57,080 nucleotides of DNA from a virus (IMGVR_UViG_3300034104_001340:1-57080); one strand, 5' to 3'; shown: positions 18,620 through 27,426, counted from the first letter of the stretch. Made by a program: numbers and translations. Notes: a model not told the origin generated them from the sequence alone.

Positions 18620-21035
18620 TTGCTCTCTCCTTCGTTTGCTCCTTGGCCATGCCGAGAAGCTCTTTCGCTGTTTCAAGCTGCAACTTCTGCGCAGCCTGCT
18701 GTTGTTGAGACTGAATGCGCGCAGCCTCGCTGGCGGTCTGTGCGGCGATGCGCTGACGCTCGACGTCCACTTTCTCCTGTGCCAAGGCGTTGTCGGCTGC
18801 ATCTTTTGCTGCTTTGCGTTGGAGCTCGGCGCCCTTGAGCTGAAGCTCCTGCTGCTGCATCTGAATGACCGGGTCCTGCTGTTGCTGCTGGGCCGCCTGT
18901 TGCGCTGCCATAGCCTGCTTCTGCTGCGTAAGCTGCATACCCGCCTGCGACATAACCTGCGACAGCAGTACTTCGGCTTCCTCCGGCATCTCTTTGCCCG
19001 GCTCGGCCAGCGACACACCCAGCTTTTCTTCTATCTGCTTGCGGTAGGCGAAGGCCATATGCTCGGCAATGTGGGCGCTGAGGGCTGACATAATCTGCTG
19101 CGCCGCCGGATTCTGTCCGATGAACGCCGCGATCTGCGGGTCCTGCATGAACGCTTGGTGAGTCGCAATGTGGGCGTCGTGATCCTGATACATAAACGCC
19201 TTGATGGGTTTGCCCACCAGCGCTGCCATGTTCTCGCTGACCGGATCGGAGGGTTTGATGTCGTCCTTGGTCGGGACGAGCTTGTCGGCGTTCTTGATGC
19301 CCAACACCTCGATCATCTGGCGATGCAGCTGCGGCAGGTCGTATATCTGCGGGGCGTTCTGGGCCATTTGCAGCACAGCTTGGTACTGCACTACACGCTG
19401 CGCCATGGTGCTGCTGTTGGGGTCGCTGACGGGAATGACCTCGACCATCGCATAGTCCTCCTGCCTTGCACGGGCTTCCCCGCGCTCAGGTACATAGAGG
19501 TACTCAGTCGGAGCGTACTCAGCAATGATAGAGCGCAAGAGTTTGAACTCCTGCTTCATCGCGTAATGCACCCGGGCCTGCACAGCCGCCATCGGTTTCA
19601 GCGTGCGTTCCAGCAGGGCAAGTGTGGTCCCCACTGGCGCGTTGGCGCTCATATCACTGATTTTCATATCGCTGATGGCGCCGAGCCTGCGACCTTCCTC
19701 GGTGATCTGATTCAACAACGCCAGCAGGGTCTGGCTCGGCTCCTTGTAAGGCAGCGTCATGATATTGTCGCGGATCGACCCACTGGCCACGTCCACGTCG
19801 CGGAACTCGCCCGGCGGGATGGGGGTGTCGTCACCCTTGATGCGCAAGCCACGAGTCTTGAGGCCCCCGGGCAAGTTAGCCAGCGTACCTGCGTCAACTA
19901 ATTGACGGATCAGCGAAGTGCCTGCACGGGCGTAGCCACCCACGATGTGGATCAGACCAAGTCCGTAAAAGCCAAACCCCGGCACATACACGTAGTGCAC
20001 GAAGTACTGGCGCTTTAACATCAAAGCGTCATCAGGGTTCCAGTTGCGGCGTATCGCCAGCACCTTGCTCGTACCCCGGTCGATCGTCACCACGTAAGGT
20101 TTGGCGATCTCGTCGTCTTCTTCCTCATCCAAGCCCTCTATCACGAGCTCGGCATGCACCTCGTACAAGGTATAGCGATCGTCGTCGGTCAGGGTGTAAC
20201 CACCCTCCTCAGCCTTCTTCTCCTCAATGTCGGAGTGATACGGCGTCGGCTCACCAAGGTCTACGTCGATGTAGAAGCCCGACTGCTGGAGCTTCTTGAT
20301 CTCGTTCTTGGTCTTGCGCATCACGTGAGTCACACGTTCCGCAGTCTCAATGTGGGACGCACCGTAAGGCACGATCACGTCTTCCGGCGGGATAAAGAGT
20401 GCCACTTGGCGCCCAATGGCGGGGTCGTAGTAAATCTTCTTAAACGCCGAACCAGCAAGGCCGAGGGTGTACAGCATGCGCTCATGCTCGGGGCGGTACT
20501 CCACCATGACGTCGGTGAGCTCGTAGTTCATGTCACCTTTGACACGTAGCGCTGCATCCTCCTTCTCCCGGGTGGCTTCGCCCAGAATCTTGGTCTTCAC
20601 CGGACCTGCGGCGGGAAACGTCTCGCTCATGGTCTCAGCTTGGAACCTGATAGCCGCCTCAGCCAGCACGGTGCTGTACACGCCACATGCGCCCTGCCAC
20701 GGATCACTACGCTCCTCATAGCGGAAGCCCAGCACCTCAAGACCCTTGACGAACGTATCCGCCCAGTCTTTCCGGCTGTTGCGATCGGCGTCGATGAGCC
20801 CAATCAGGTCGTCGGCCAAGCCACTCATCACGCCCTCATCGAGGTACTCAGCGAGGTTGGCATCGAACGGCGCACCGGCGGCCTCATCCAACTCAAGCTC
20901 CGGCATTATCGTGATCTCCACGCTACCGTCAGCCAACGTGACCATCTCAGGGTTCACGATATCAATTTCGAGCGCCTCACCGGGCTCGCTTTCCAGCCCC
21001 ATGGGGGCGGCGTACAGACCTTTTTCAATTGCCAT
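18564..21035 (-). CDS. Portal protein (podovirus-type, long Gln-rich tail)
   Basis: About 820 aa directly after the terminase; GSAFKKIYYD, GFYGLGL; start moved to MAIEK at 21035. Confidence 0.88.
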   Translation of the reverse strand: MAIEKGLYAAPMGLESEPGEALEIDIVNPEMVTLADGSVEITIMPELELDEAAGAPFDANLAEYLDEGVMSGLADDLIGLIDADRNSRKDWADTFVKGLEVLGFRYEERSDPWQGACGVYSTVLAEAAIRFQAETMSETFPAAGPVKTKILGEATREKEDAALRVKGDMNYELTDVMVEYRPEHERMLYTLGLAGSAFKKIYYDPAIGRQVALFIPPEDVIVPYGASHIETAERVTHVMRKTKNEIKKLQQSGFYIDVDLGEPTPYHSDIEEKKAEEGGYTLTDDDRYTLYEVHAELVIEGLDEEEDDEIAKPYVVTIDRGTSKVLAIRRNWNPDDALMLKRQYFVHYVYVPGFGFYGLGLIHIVGGYARAGTSLIRQLVDAGTLANLPGGLKTRGLRIKGDDTPIPPGEFRDVDVASGSIRDNIMTLPYKEPSQTLLALLNQITEEGRRLGAISDMKISDMSANAPVGTTLALLERTLKPMAAVQARVHYAMKQEFKLLRSIIAEYAPTEYLYVPERGEARARQEDYAMVEVIPVSDPNSSTMAQRVVQYQAVLQMAQNAPQIYDLPQLHRQMIEVLGIKNADKLVPTKDDIKPSDPVSENMAALVGKPIKAFMYQDHDAHIATHQAFMQDPQIAAFIGQNPAAQQIMSALSAHIAEHMAFAYRKQIEEKLGVSLAEPGKEMPEEAEVLLSQVMSQAGMQLTQQKQAMAAQQAAQQQQQDPVIQMQQQELQLKGAELQRKAAKDAADNALAQEKVDVERQRIAAQTASEAARIQSQQQQAAQKLQLETAKELLGMAKEQTKERASGQTVQSEQPQRPAGPQG

Positions 21036-21037
21036 AA

Positions 21038-21247
21038 TTACTCCGTTGGGACCCACTTACCCAGTGGGCAGCCTGCACTTTTACGAAACACTTTTACCGG
21101 CATTATGCAGCCGCATTCTTTGCACTGACCAGTGAGCTGGATGAGCCTCGGACACTGCTTGCACACTTCCAAGCGTGCTTTAGCCATCTGTCTCACCTCT
21201 AGGGTTAAGCCCGGCACATGCTGCTGCAGCCACTCAACCGCGCTCAT
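21038..21247 (-). CDS. Small Cys-rich protein
   Basis: RLEVCKQC...QCKECGC...CPLGKW; between terminase and portal. Confidence 0.7.
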   Translation of the reverse strand: MSAVEWLQQHVPGLTLEVRQMAKARLEVCKQCPRLIQLTGQCKECGCIMPVKVFRKSAGCPLGKWVPTE

Positions 21248-22791
21248 CAGTAGTAACCTTCTCTCCGCCGTTTGTAGTAGCGCTGCTCTTCGGGCTCGTC
21301 ACTGGGCAACCGGAGGAACCCTCCCTGCCTGAACCGCAGCAACGCCATAATGCACGTATCCACATAGTCATCGTGCTCACCAGCCGGAAAGCTCGCCACC
21401 TCGTCGATGACCGCCTCCGCCCACGAGGTATTTGGTGCCCATACTATACCAGATGCAAATAGGTCTGATACTGCGTTGAGTCGGGCCATCTTGTTGTTGG
21501 GGTTGTTTGTCGTACCACGCACCGGTGTGTAGTCCTGTGCCGGTATACCCATGGCCCGCAGTTCGTAAATAAGGGGGGCACCGGAAGCTTTCTTCTCCAC
21601 GATGAGCGAGTCGGGCTTGTAGGCGTCGTACTGCTCTACTACCAGCCGCTTAAGTGTAGGGAACTCTGCTCGCTCCTTGATGGCGTTGAGCAGGATGAGG
21701 TTGGCTTGTTTCTCACCCTTGTCGTTGTTCTGGTAGAACACCCCCCACGTAGTACACGCCGAGAAGTCAGCCCGGTTGTTGGCCTCAAACGCCGTATCCC
21801 ATGCCTGCAGGATGTAGTCACAGTCCGGCGGGTCCTCTTCCTCCCACTGCTTCCACCACTCGCGCTTGATAATAGCGGAGGCATCCGAGGTGGGATTCTG
21901 CTGATACTGGGCCGTCCACTTGGCATTAGACAGGGTCTCCTTGAGCTTCTGCATGTCGTCGAGGGTCCAAAACTCGGGCCACAACGCGTTGCCAGAGGGC
22001 AAAATCGCCGGAAATTCAATGACTTCCCACGTATCCCCACCCCTCTGGGCCTCTGCTTTAAGCACTTGGGCTGTTAAGTCCCGCTGACTCCATCGGGTCA
22101 TGACCACGACTATGGCCCCGCCCGGCTGCAGACGCTGCCTTGGACCTGAGGTGTACCACTCATACACCTTATCGTAGACCTCTGGGTTAGTCTCAGCAGC
22201 CACAGCCTCCGCTTCCGAGTGCGGATCGTCGATTATCATGAGGTCGGCACCGCGACCGGTCATCGTACCGCCTACACCGATGGCAAAGTAGGTACCTTGC
22301 TTGTTGGTATCCCATCGCCCAGCAGCCTTGGAGTCTGCGGACAGCACCAACTCAGGGAAAATCTCCTTGTAAGCCTCGGAATCCACCAAGTTTCTTACTT
22401 TTCGACCGAACGTCTGTGCCAGCTCTGCCGTGTTGGACGACTGGATGACCTTTTTGTGCGGAAATTGCCCCAAAAACCACGCAGGCAGGATGTAGGAGGC
22501 AAATTCTGACTTGGTATGCCGGGGTGGCATGTTGATAATGAGGCGTTTCAGCTCTCCTCTGGCCACCCGCTCGAAGGCATTTGCCATGATGGCGTGGTGC
22601 CTACCGTGTATAAACGTAGGCCAGACGTGCTTGACGAAGGTGAGGAACCGATCTTTGCACTGCCCCTTGTGTTTCAAGGCTTCCAGCTTGGTCAACTGGG
22701 CTAGTAACAGCTCCTGCTCAGGCACGGAGAGTAACGAGAGGATGCTCGGGATGTCTTTTAGCGATATGTCGTTTAGTCGCTCAGACGTCAT
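21247..22791 (-). CDS. terL: Terminase large subunit
   Basis: Walker A-like MPPRHTKS, Walker B LMIIDD, MTRW, nuclease WDTA...HDDYVD; start moved to 22791. Confidence 0.95.
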   Translation of the reverse strand: MTSERLNDISLKDIPSILSLLSVPEQELLLAQLTKLEALKHKGQCKDRFLTFVKHVWPTFIHGRHHAIMANAFERVARGELKRLIINMPPRHTKSEFASYILPAWFLGQFPHKKVIQSSNTAELAQTFGRKVRNLVDSEAYKEIFPELVLSADSKAAGRWDTNKQGTYFAIGVGGTMTGRGADLMIIDDPHSEAEAVAAETNPEVYDKVYEWYTSGPRQRLQPGGAIVVVMTRWSQRDLTAQVLKAEAQRGGDTWEVIEFPAILPSGNALWPEFWTLDDMQKLKETLSNAKWTAQYQQNPTSDASAIIKREWWKQWEEEDPPDCDYILQAWDTAFEANNRADFSACTTWGVFYQNNDKGEKQANLILLNAIKERAEFPTLKRLVVEQYDAYKPDSLIVEKKASGAPLIYELRAMGIPAQDYTPVRGTTNNPNNKMARLNAVSDLFASGIVWAPNTSWAEAVIDEVASFPAGEHDDYVDTCIMALLRFRQGGFLRLPSDEPEEQRYYKRRREGYY

Positions 22792-23416
22792 CAACGTCGT
22801 CCTCTGACACCGCAGGGATGTCGAGTTCTTCCTTAAGCTGGTACAGGGACTCGTTGGGGTGCTCGAACACTCCAAGCTCCTCATCCAGCGCCGCCCCGTT
22901 AGGCACGGTCTCCACCACGCTGGCATTCATCAACCGCTTCACACGCTCTTTTATCTCATTTTCGAGATGAGCCGGGTCCTTATAGTTGATCGTAATCTCA
23001 CTACGGTCGGTAAACAGGCTGATGTCTTTGTGCTTACCGAGCAGCTCAAGCGCCTTAAGCTCGTACTTGGGGTCCCCGCAGTTGGCAAGCTCCATCAGCT
23101 TGTTGGTAATGGCAGCCCTAGCAGCGGCTACATCAAGGGCAAGTTGCGCACCGTACGTACGCAGGAAGGCCCCGGCAGCAAAGGCCGTGTTGGGCTGTGT
23201 AAGATTCTTGGTTTTGCCCTTCTCAACCACTTCTTTAAGCAGGGCTTGCTCGCGGGCAGTGTCTTCAGGACCAAGCGTAAGGGGTGCACCGAGTGCGTTC
23301 TGCAGCTCCGCCGTATTGGCAGCAAGAGTCATCTCGTCAAGCAGTGTGTCCACTGTTTCAGCAGAGAGGTCGTACGGGACCGGATGGTCCTTGGTGGGTG
23401 TGATGCTTACAGTCAT
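22781..23416 (-). CDS. terS: Terminase small subunit (putative)
   Basis: Directly upstream of terL; KALELLGK motif; start moved to ATG 23416. Confidence 0.7.
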   Translation of the reverse strand: MTVSITPTKDHPVPYDLSAETVDTLLDEMTLAANTAELQNALGAPLTLGPEDTAREQALLKEVVEKGKTKNLTQPNTAFAAGAFLRTYGAQLALDVAAARAAITNKLMELANCGDPKYELKALELLGKHKDISLFTDRSEITINYKDPAHLENEIKERVKRLMNASVVETVPNGAALDEELGVFEHPNESLYQLKEELDIPAVSEDDVDDV

Positions 23417-23446
23417 ATGCGCAAGTACTGGGTACTGATGGCGCGC

Positions 23447-23476
23447 AGTGTATATGGGGGGTGGGGGGCTTTGCAA
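23447..23476 (-). promoter_or_regulatory. Possible late-operon promoter
   Basis: TTGCAA-18 nt-TACACT upstream of terS. Confidence 0.4.
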
Positions 23477-23690
23477 GCGCGGGTCCCTTGACGGGGGGTG
23501 TTTGCTGAGTTGAGGGGGGTGGGGTCTGGTGGAAAAAAGTGAGTTAGTGGGGGGAGGGGGGTTGCGTTGTAGCTACAAGAGGCTTGGCTTTGTAAAGTTA
23601 ACTTGGGGGGTGGGGTGGTGTGAGTGGGATAGTATGATAGATGGCGGGGGGGCTTTTGTCTGGGCAAAGGGGGGTGGGGTATGGGTGGGG
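23456..23690 (+). repeat. G-tract array (G6-T/A-G4-6)
   Basis: GGGGGGTGGGG at 23456, 23514, 23605 and 23669; GGGGGGAGGGGGG at 23549; further G runs in between. Confidence 0.9.
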
Positions 23691-23752
23691 TAAGCGCCCC
23701 CCTAACATTGTTATGGCGGAATCTACCAAAGCGCATATTGAATTACGATATG

Positions 23753-23761
23753 TGCTATAGT
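23753..23761 (+). promoter_or_regulatory. Extended -10 promoter candidate for the first early gene
   Basis: TGcTATAGT about 50 nt before ATG 23812. Confidence 0.45.
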
Positions 23762-23811
23762 GGTTACGTCATCAAGTCGATGGCATCCAGCAACTAACTA
23801 AGGGTAAGCAC

Positions 23812-24387
23812 ATGAAAGCAGATAAGAAAGTAGTAGCAGCAGAACAGGCCGCCGTTGCACTTAGCACCATCCTTATGGCCACGCGTGAGGCGGCAATCAA
23901 TGAGGCGGCGAATCAGTATGGCGCGCTCCGCAAGTATGCAGCTGCATGCAACGAACTGTTCGGCATCCTGCCAACCTTTGATGGTAAGTATTGGTTTAAC
24001 GTGGACGGTAATGCTAAAGGTTCAGAGTTTACCGCCATTCATGCTGAATGGGCCTTGTTTCGCGAGGGACTGGTAAACAATAAGTGCAAGAATGTTAGCG
24101 TATACCGCAAGCGCCTCCGCGAACTTGCCTATGCTGAATCCGGCCTTGCACCTGAAACCACCACCGAAATTGAAGGCGCTGAGGGTGAAGGCGCTGAGGG
24201 TGAAGGCGCCGGAGACAAGGCCCGTCCCATCAAAGGCCGTATGCTTGAGGAGTTGGGCAAACTGTACAAAGCCCGCTTCAACGAAAAGTATGCTAGCGAG
24301 ATCACGGATGAAATCCGCGCCGCAACCAAGCACATTGAACAGGCGCTGCTGGCACTTGGCGCCAACCTGAATGATCTGGTGAAGTAA
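23812..24387 (+). CDS. First early protein, unknown function
   Basis: 191 aa, helical; acidic linker encoded by a 15-bp tandem repeat (24171-24209). Confidence 0.8.
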   Translation: MKADKKVVAAEQAAVALSTILMATREAAINEAANQYGALRKYAAACNELFGILPTFDGKYWFNVDGNAKGSEFTAIHAEWALFREGLVNNKCKNVSVYRKRLRELAYAESGLAPETTTEIEGAEGEGAEGEGAGDKARPIKGRMLEELGKLYKARFNEKYASEITDEIRAATKHIEQALLALGANLNDLVK

Positions 24388-24394
24388 CCACACC

Positions 24395-24420
24395 GGGGCC
24401 ACGGATGGCCCCTTTCCTTT
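24395..24420 (+). terminator. Hairpin/terminator with a CACGGATG apex
   Basis: GGGGCCA-CGGA-TGGCCCC followed by TTTCCTTT. Confidence 0.65.
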
Positions 24421-24455
24421 ACCCCTAACATTGTTACCCCATTGGAGTTATACCC

Positions 24456-24872
24456 ATGTTTACACTTAACCAACCTGTATACGATAGCAGCTATAACCTT
24501 GTTACAGTCGAAGGCGCTACCGTTGATCTTTCCACCGTTGCCGCATGGTTTGCCGACTATGGCATCGACCGTTTCATGGTTTGCTTTGATGGCCACTTGG
24601 CGCAGGTTGAAGTATCTACCCACCCCAGTGTGCAAACCTGCTTGCAAGTAACTGTGCGCCGGGATGATACCGGGGAACCGATTGTAAGCATCAAGTACTA
24701 CATGGAGCTTCCTGTATCTCAGGCGCGCATTGAGTCTGCGCAGCACATTGCGCAGCATGCCGCATACATTGGTAGGTACTTTGCCACGCCGCCCACCGCT
24801 GAGAACCTCGACTCCATCGCGTACCACGCCCGCAAGATTGCGCACCTGCTTGACCAAATGCCCGCCAAGTAA
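24456..24872 (+). CDS. Early hypothetical protein
   Basis: 138 aa; GGAG RBS; flanked by identical 20-bp repeats. Confidence 0.75.
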   Translation: MFTLNQPVYDSSYNLVTVEGATVDLSTVAAWFADYGIDRFMVCFDGHLAQVEVSTHPSVQTCLQVTVRRDDTGEPIVSIKYYMELPVSQARIESAQHIAQHAAYIGRYFATPPTAENLDSIAYHARKIAHLLDQMPAK

Positions 24873-24899
24873 CCCACCCCTAACATTGTTACCCCTTCC

Positions 24900-24926
24900 A
24901 GCCCGGCCATTGTGCCGGGCTTTTTT
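24900..24926 (+). terminator. Intrinsic terminator
   Basis: GCCCGGC-CATTGT-GCCGGGC-TTTTTT. Confidence 0.85.
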
Positions 24927-24993
24927 GTGCCTGCGATTTCCTTACGTTGTACTCGCCCTAACATTGTTAGGCCTTGCGCCATGCAGCCCGCGC

Positions 24994-25061
24994 GCAGAGA
25001 CCAGTGACTTCGCAGGTGAGTGGGTTTCGGTGCTGCATGGTGTGCAGAGACCAGTGACTTC
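24994..25061 (+). repeat. 18-bp direct repeat, two copies
   Basis: GCAGAGACCAGTGACTTC at 24994-25011 and 25044-25061. Confidence 0.9.
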
Positions 25062-25185
25062 ACCCGTGGTAGGACTGCGCAACGAGGCCTAACAATGTTA
25101 GGGCTTGACAATGACGACCCACACACCCCTTTTACATAGTGCAAATCAAGGACTTACGCGAAGTTTGCGAATCGTTCTCACCTAG

Positions 25186-25480
25186 GCGTAAGAAAGTTAG
25201 GAAGCTAAAAACGGGTTCTTACGCGCTAAGTTGTTGATTTGGCTGAGGAATTGGTAATGTTAGAATGTAAGACAAAAAAAAGGGTATGAAACCTTACGTG
25301 TCAAGTTGTGCAACTTAGCACTGTCAATATATACAGTGTAAAGTCTCGCAGGGGGGTTATATACTTTTATCTTAAAAAGATGACATTCTAACATTACACA
25401 TTTTTACATAAGTAAATCAACAACTTGCAACCGAAAACGACGTAAGAAAACGCGTAGATTTTGCCCTCTTTTTCTTACAC
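25186..25480. promoter_or_regulatory. AT-rich nested inverted repeat with IHF-type sites; candidate origin/control region
   Basis: Mirror pairs 25254-25268/25383-25397, 25228-25240/25414-25426, 25216-25223/25441-25448 and 25186-25195/25471-25480. Confidence 0.65.
25321..25336. promoter_or_regulatory. LexA (SOS) box-like site
   Basis: CTGT-caatatat-ACAG fits CTGT-N8-ACAG with an AT-rich spacer. Confidence 0.6.
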
Positions 25481-25625
25481 TATTACGCAAATTCTCTTAC
25501 GCGCACTCCTGCCTCCACCTCGAACCCTATTCCTTACGTTGTAGTCTGATATACTGATTCACTTCCTTACGTTGTACTACACCGTAAGCTTTTTCCGTAT
25601 TCTGCAAACCGACCTCACAGAACAC

Positions 25626-25654
25626 TTGATCCATTCAGCTTTTTAGAGTATAAT
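25626..25654 (+). promoter_or_regulatory. Sigma70-type early promoter
   Basis: TTGATC-17 nt-TATAAT. Confidence 0.75.
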
Positions 25655-25744
25655 ATACAAAATGGAGTTATATCTGTACAGAACGCGATCTACCCAGTGC
25701 CAACCCCCCTAACAATGTTAGGCCCAACAACGAGGAGCAACGAG

Positions 25745-25894
25745 ATGAGCAACGACAAGACACTAGCAGAGCAGCTGCTGTTCCAACTGCAATTCATGGG
25801 CATGATGCTGATGGTTGGCAGACAAGAGGAGGCCGACACGGCATACCAGAAAGCACTCACTCTTGCAAAAGAGCTTATCAAGGCGGGGCACTAA
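25745..25894 (+). CDS. Small early protein
   Basis: ATG 25745 after GAGGAG; 49 aa. Confidence 0.6.
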   Translation: MSNDKTLAEQLLFQLQFMGMMLMVGRQEEADTAYQKALTLAKELIKAGH

Positions 25895-25896
25895 CC

Positions 25897-26112
25897 ATGA
25901 ACGACAACAGCACAGCAGTGTGCAGCGACTGCGGCGACACCTACAGCAAGGAGCGCTGGAAGCTTGGGTACTACACCTGCCACCCATGCGGCGAGGAGCA
26001 TGCAGTCAACGTGCGAGCCGGGTGGTGCATAGCGCCGATGAACAAGAGCAACTACATCCTGATAACCGACAGAGCAGTGCTGGCACAACTCAACCCCAAG
26101 AGGACAACGTGA
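25897..26112 (+). CDS. Cys4 zinc-finger protein
   Basis: CSDC...R..LGY.TCHPC...PMNKSNY. Confidence 0.75.
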   Translation: MNDNSTAVCSDCGDTYSKERWKLGYYTCHPCGEEHAVNVRAGWCIAPMNKSNYILITDRAVLAQLNPKRTT

Positions 26113-26375
26113 TGAAAGTATATGTACTGCTCGAAAGTAAATACGGAGGCTCGCTGGAGTTAGCAGGTGTCTACGCCACCCGAGGTGCAGCCGGTGAGGC
26201 TGTGATTGACTCGGTACAGGAGATGCGAGGTTGCGAATACAACTGCGAGGTGCAAGAGCGCGAGGTAGTCGAAGAAAAAGACCGTTGTATAGAGTGCGCG
26301 GTTGAGTTGGTTGACGGCGGGGGTTGGGGGTACTGCCCCACATGCGCGCCTCCGTGGAGGAAGTGTGATGAGTAG
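26112..26375 (+). CDS. Hypothetical protein with C-terminal zinc ribbon
   Basis: Start moved to ATG 26112 (MKVYVLL...GVYAT); CIEC...CPTC. Confidence 0.65.
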   Translation: MKVYVLLESKYGGSLELAGVYATRGAAGEAVIDSVQEMRGCEYNCEVQEREVVEEKDRCIECAVELVDGGGWGYCPTCAPPWRKCDE

Positions 26376-26432
26376 AACAAAACAACGCGAGATTCGGTAA
26401 ACCGAAACTAACTAACCAAGAGGAGCAACAAC

Positions 26433-27296
26433 ATGGGCTTTGGAATAGACGGACGTGACCTACCACTACTGCGTAGCTATGCGCGGGCGAAAGTGCAGTA
26501 CGACAGCATCGTGCCGATCAGGGGTACTAACAATGTTAGGCCACTAGGTGACAGGCGCAAGCATCACCAGCGCATAGAGGTAGCCAAGCGCAACGGAGCA
26601 GGTGCAGCAGGGTTGGCGTGCGTGCTGTACAGCACGGCGTGTGTGACTTACTACGAGGACGGGACGCTACATCTTGCACACGGCGGCTACATATCGCAAA
26701 GCACCTGCACATTCATCAACCGTGTAGCACCTGTCTCAGGTGTGCGGATGGACAAGCAGCGAGACTGCCTCGTGGTGCGCATCAATGGCGGTGAGTACAA
26801 GTGCGGCAAGGATGGGCTGTGGCTTAAGTATGACGAGACAGCCACGGGTTACAAGCCAATAGACCCCGAGCCGTTCAAGGTCACACTTGTCAACCGCGTT
26901 GCTATGCGCGAGGTGAAGAAGCAGTACGCTGCCTTCATGCAGTATGCCGTAGGTCTGGGCAAGCTGACGCAGTGGGACAGGCCTGAGAAGGAGGGCCACC
27001 GTTGGATAGATGAGGGGGACTTGCTCAACTGTATGCGGGGTGAGGACATAGATCAGTGGGCGTGGGCATACCCGAGACTCTTGCTGTCAGCAGGCTCGTA
27101 CCGCCAGAGCTTCGACTACCAAGCGGGGTACTGGAGGCGCGGGGACTCCCTGTGGGTGTGTGACAAGAAGCGACTCGATGCCCAGCTGACCCACATGGTG
27201 AAGAAGGCATATGCAAGCGAAGTGCTCGTGCGTGAGACGCTACCACTAGGTGTGCATAAGAAAGATGCAAACTATAGGTACAACCGGGAGGTGTGA
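26433..27296 (+). CDS. Early hypothetical protein
   Basis: 287 aa; GAGGAG RBS. Confidence 0.8.
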   Translation: MGFGIDGRDLPLLRSYARAKVQYDSIVPIRGTNNVRPLGDRRKHHQRIEVAKRNGAGAAGLACVLYSTACVTYYEDGTLHLAHGGYISQSTCTFINRVAPVSGVRMDKQRDCLVVRINGGEYKCGKDGLWLKYDETATGYKPIDPEPFKVTLVNRVAMREVKKQYAAFMQYAVGLGKLTQWDRPEKEGHRWIDEGDLLNCMRGEDIDQWAWAYPRLLLSAGSYRQSFDYQAGYWRRGDSLWVCDKKRLDAQLTHMVKKAYASEVLVRETLPLGVHKKDANYRYNREV

Positions 27297-27297
27297 G

Positions 27298-27426
27298 ATG
27301 AGCAACTGGAAACTGATAGCCCTAACATTGTTAGTCAGTATGGCGTTAGCGGCGGGCATTGCATGTGCAGTGTTCGTACTGTTCGCATTGGGTGACAGCA
27401 TCTTTGCTGTAGGGAAGGGGATGTAA
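27298..27426 (+). CDS. 42-aa hydrophobic membrane peptide
   Basis: MSNWKLIALTLLVSMALAAGIACAVFVLFALGDSIFAVGKGM; GGAGG RBS; below the ORF-track cutoff. Confidence 0.55.
   Translation: MSNWKLIALTLLVSMALAAGIACAVFVLFALGDSIFAVGKGM

Noticed and set aside
18620-19018. N-terminal extension of ORF 18467-19018
   Set aside because: Alternative frame inside the Gln-rich portal tail; only the last 50 codons have an RBS and protein-like sequence.
23413-23736. Pro-rich 107-aa ORF, and the N-terminal extension of terS to 23476
   Set aside because: Products of the C/G tracts; the region is better explained as non-coding.
24994-25061. CRISPR mini-array
   Set aside because: Only two 18-bp copies, shorter than CRISPR repeats, and no cas operon. 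Kept only as a repeat.
25186-25480. N15-type telomere resolution site or attP
   Set aside because: The symmetry is interrupted rather than one continuous perfect palindrome, and no protelomerase or integrase gene is visible.
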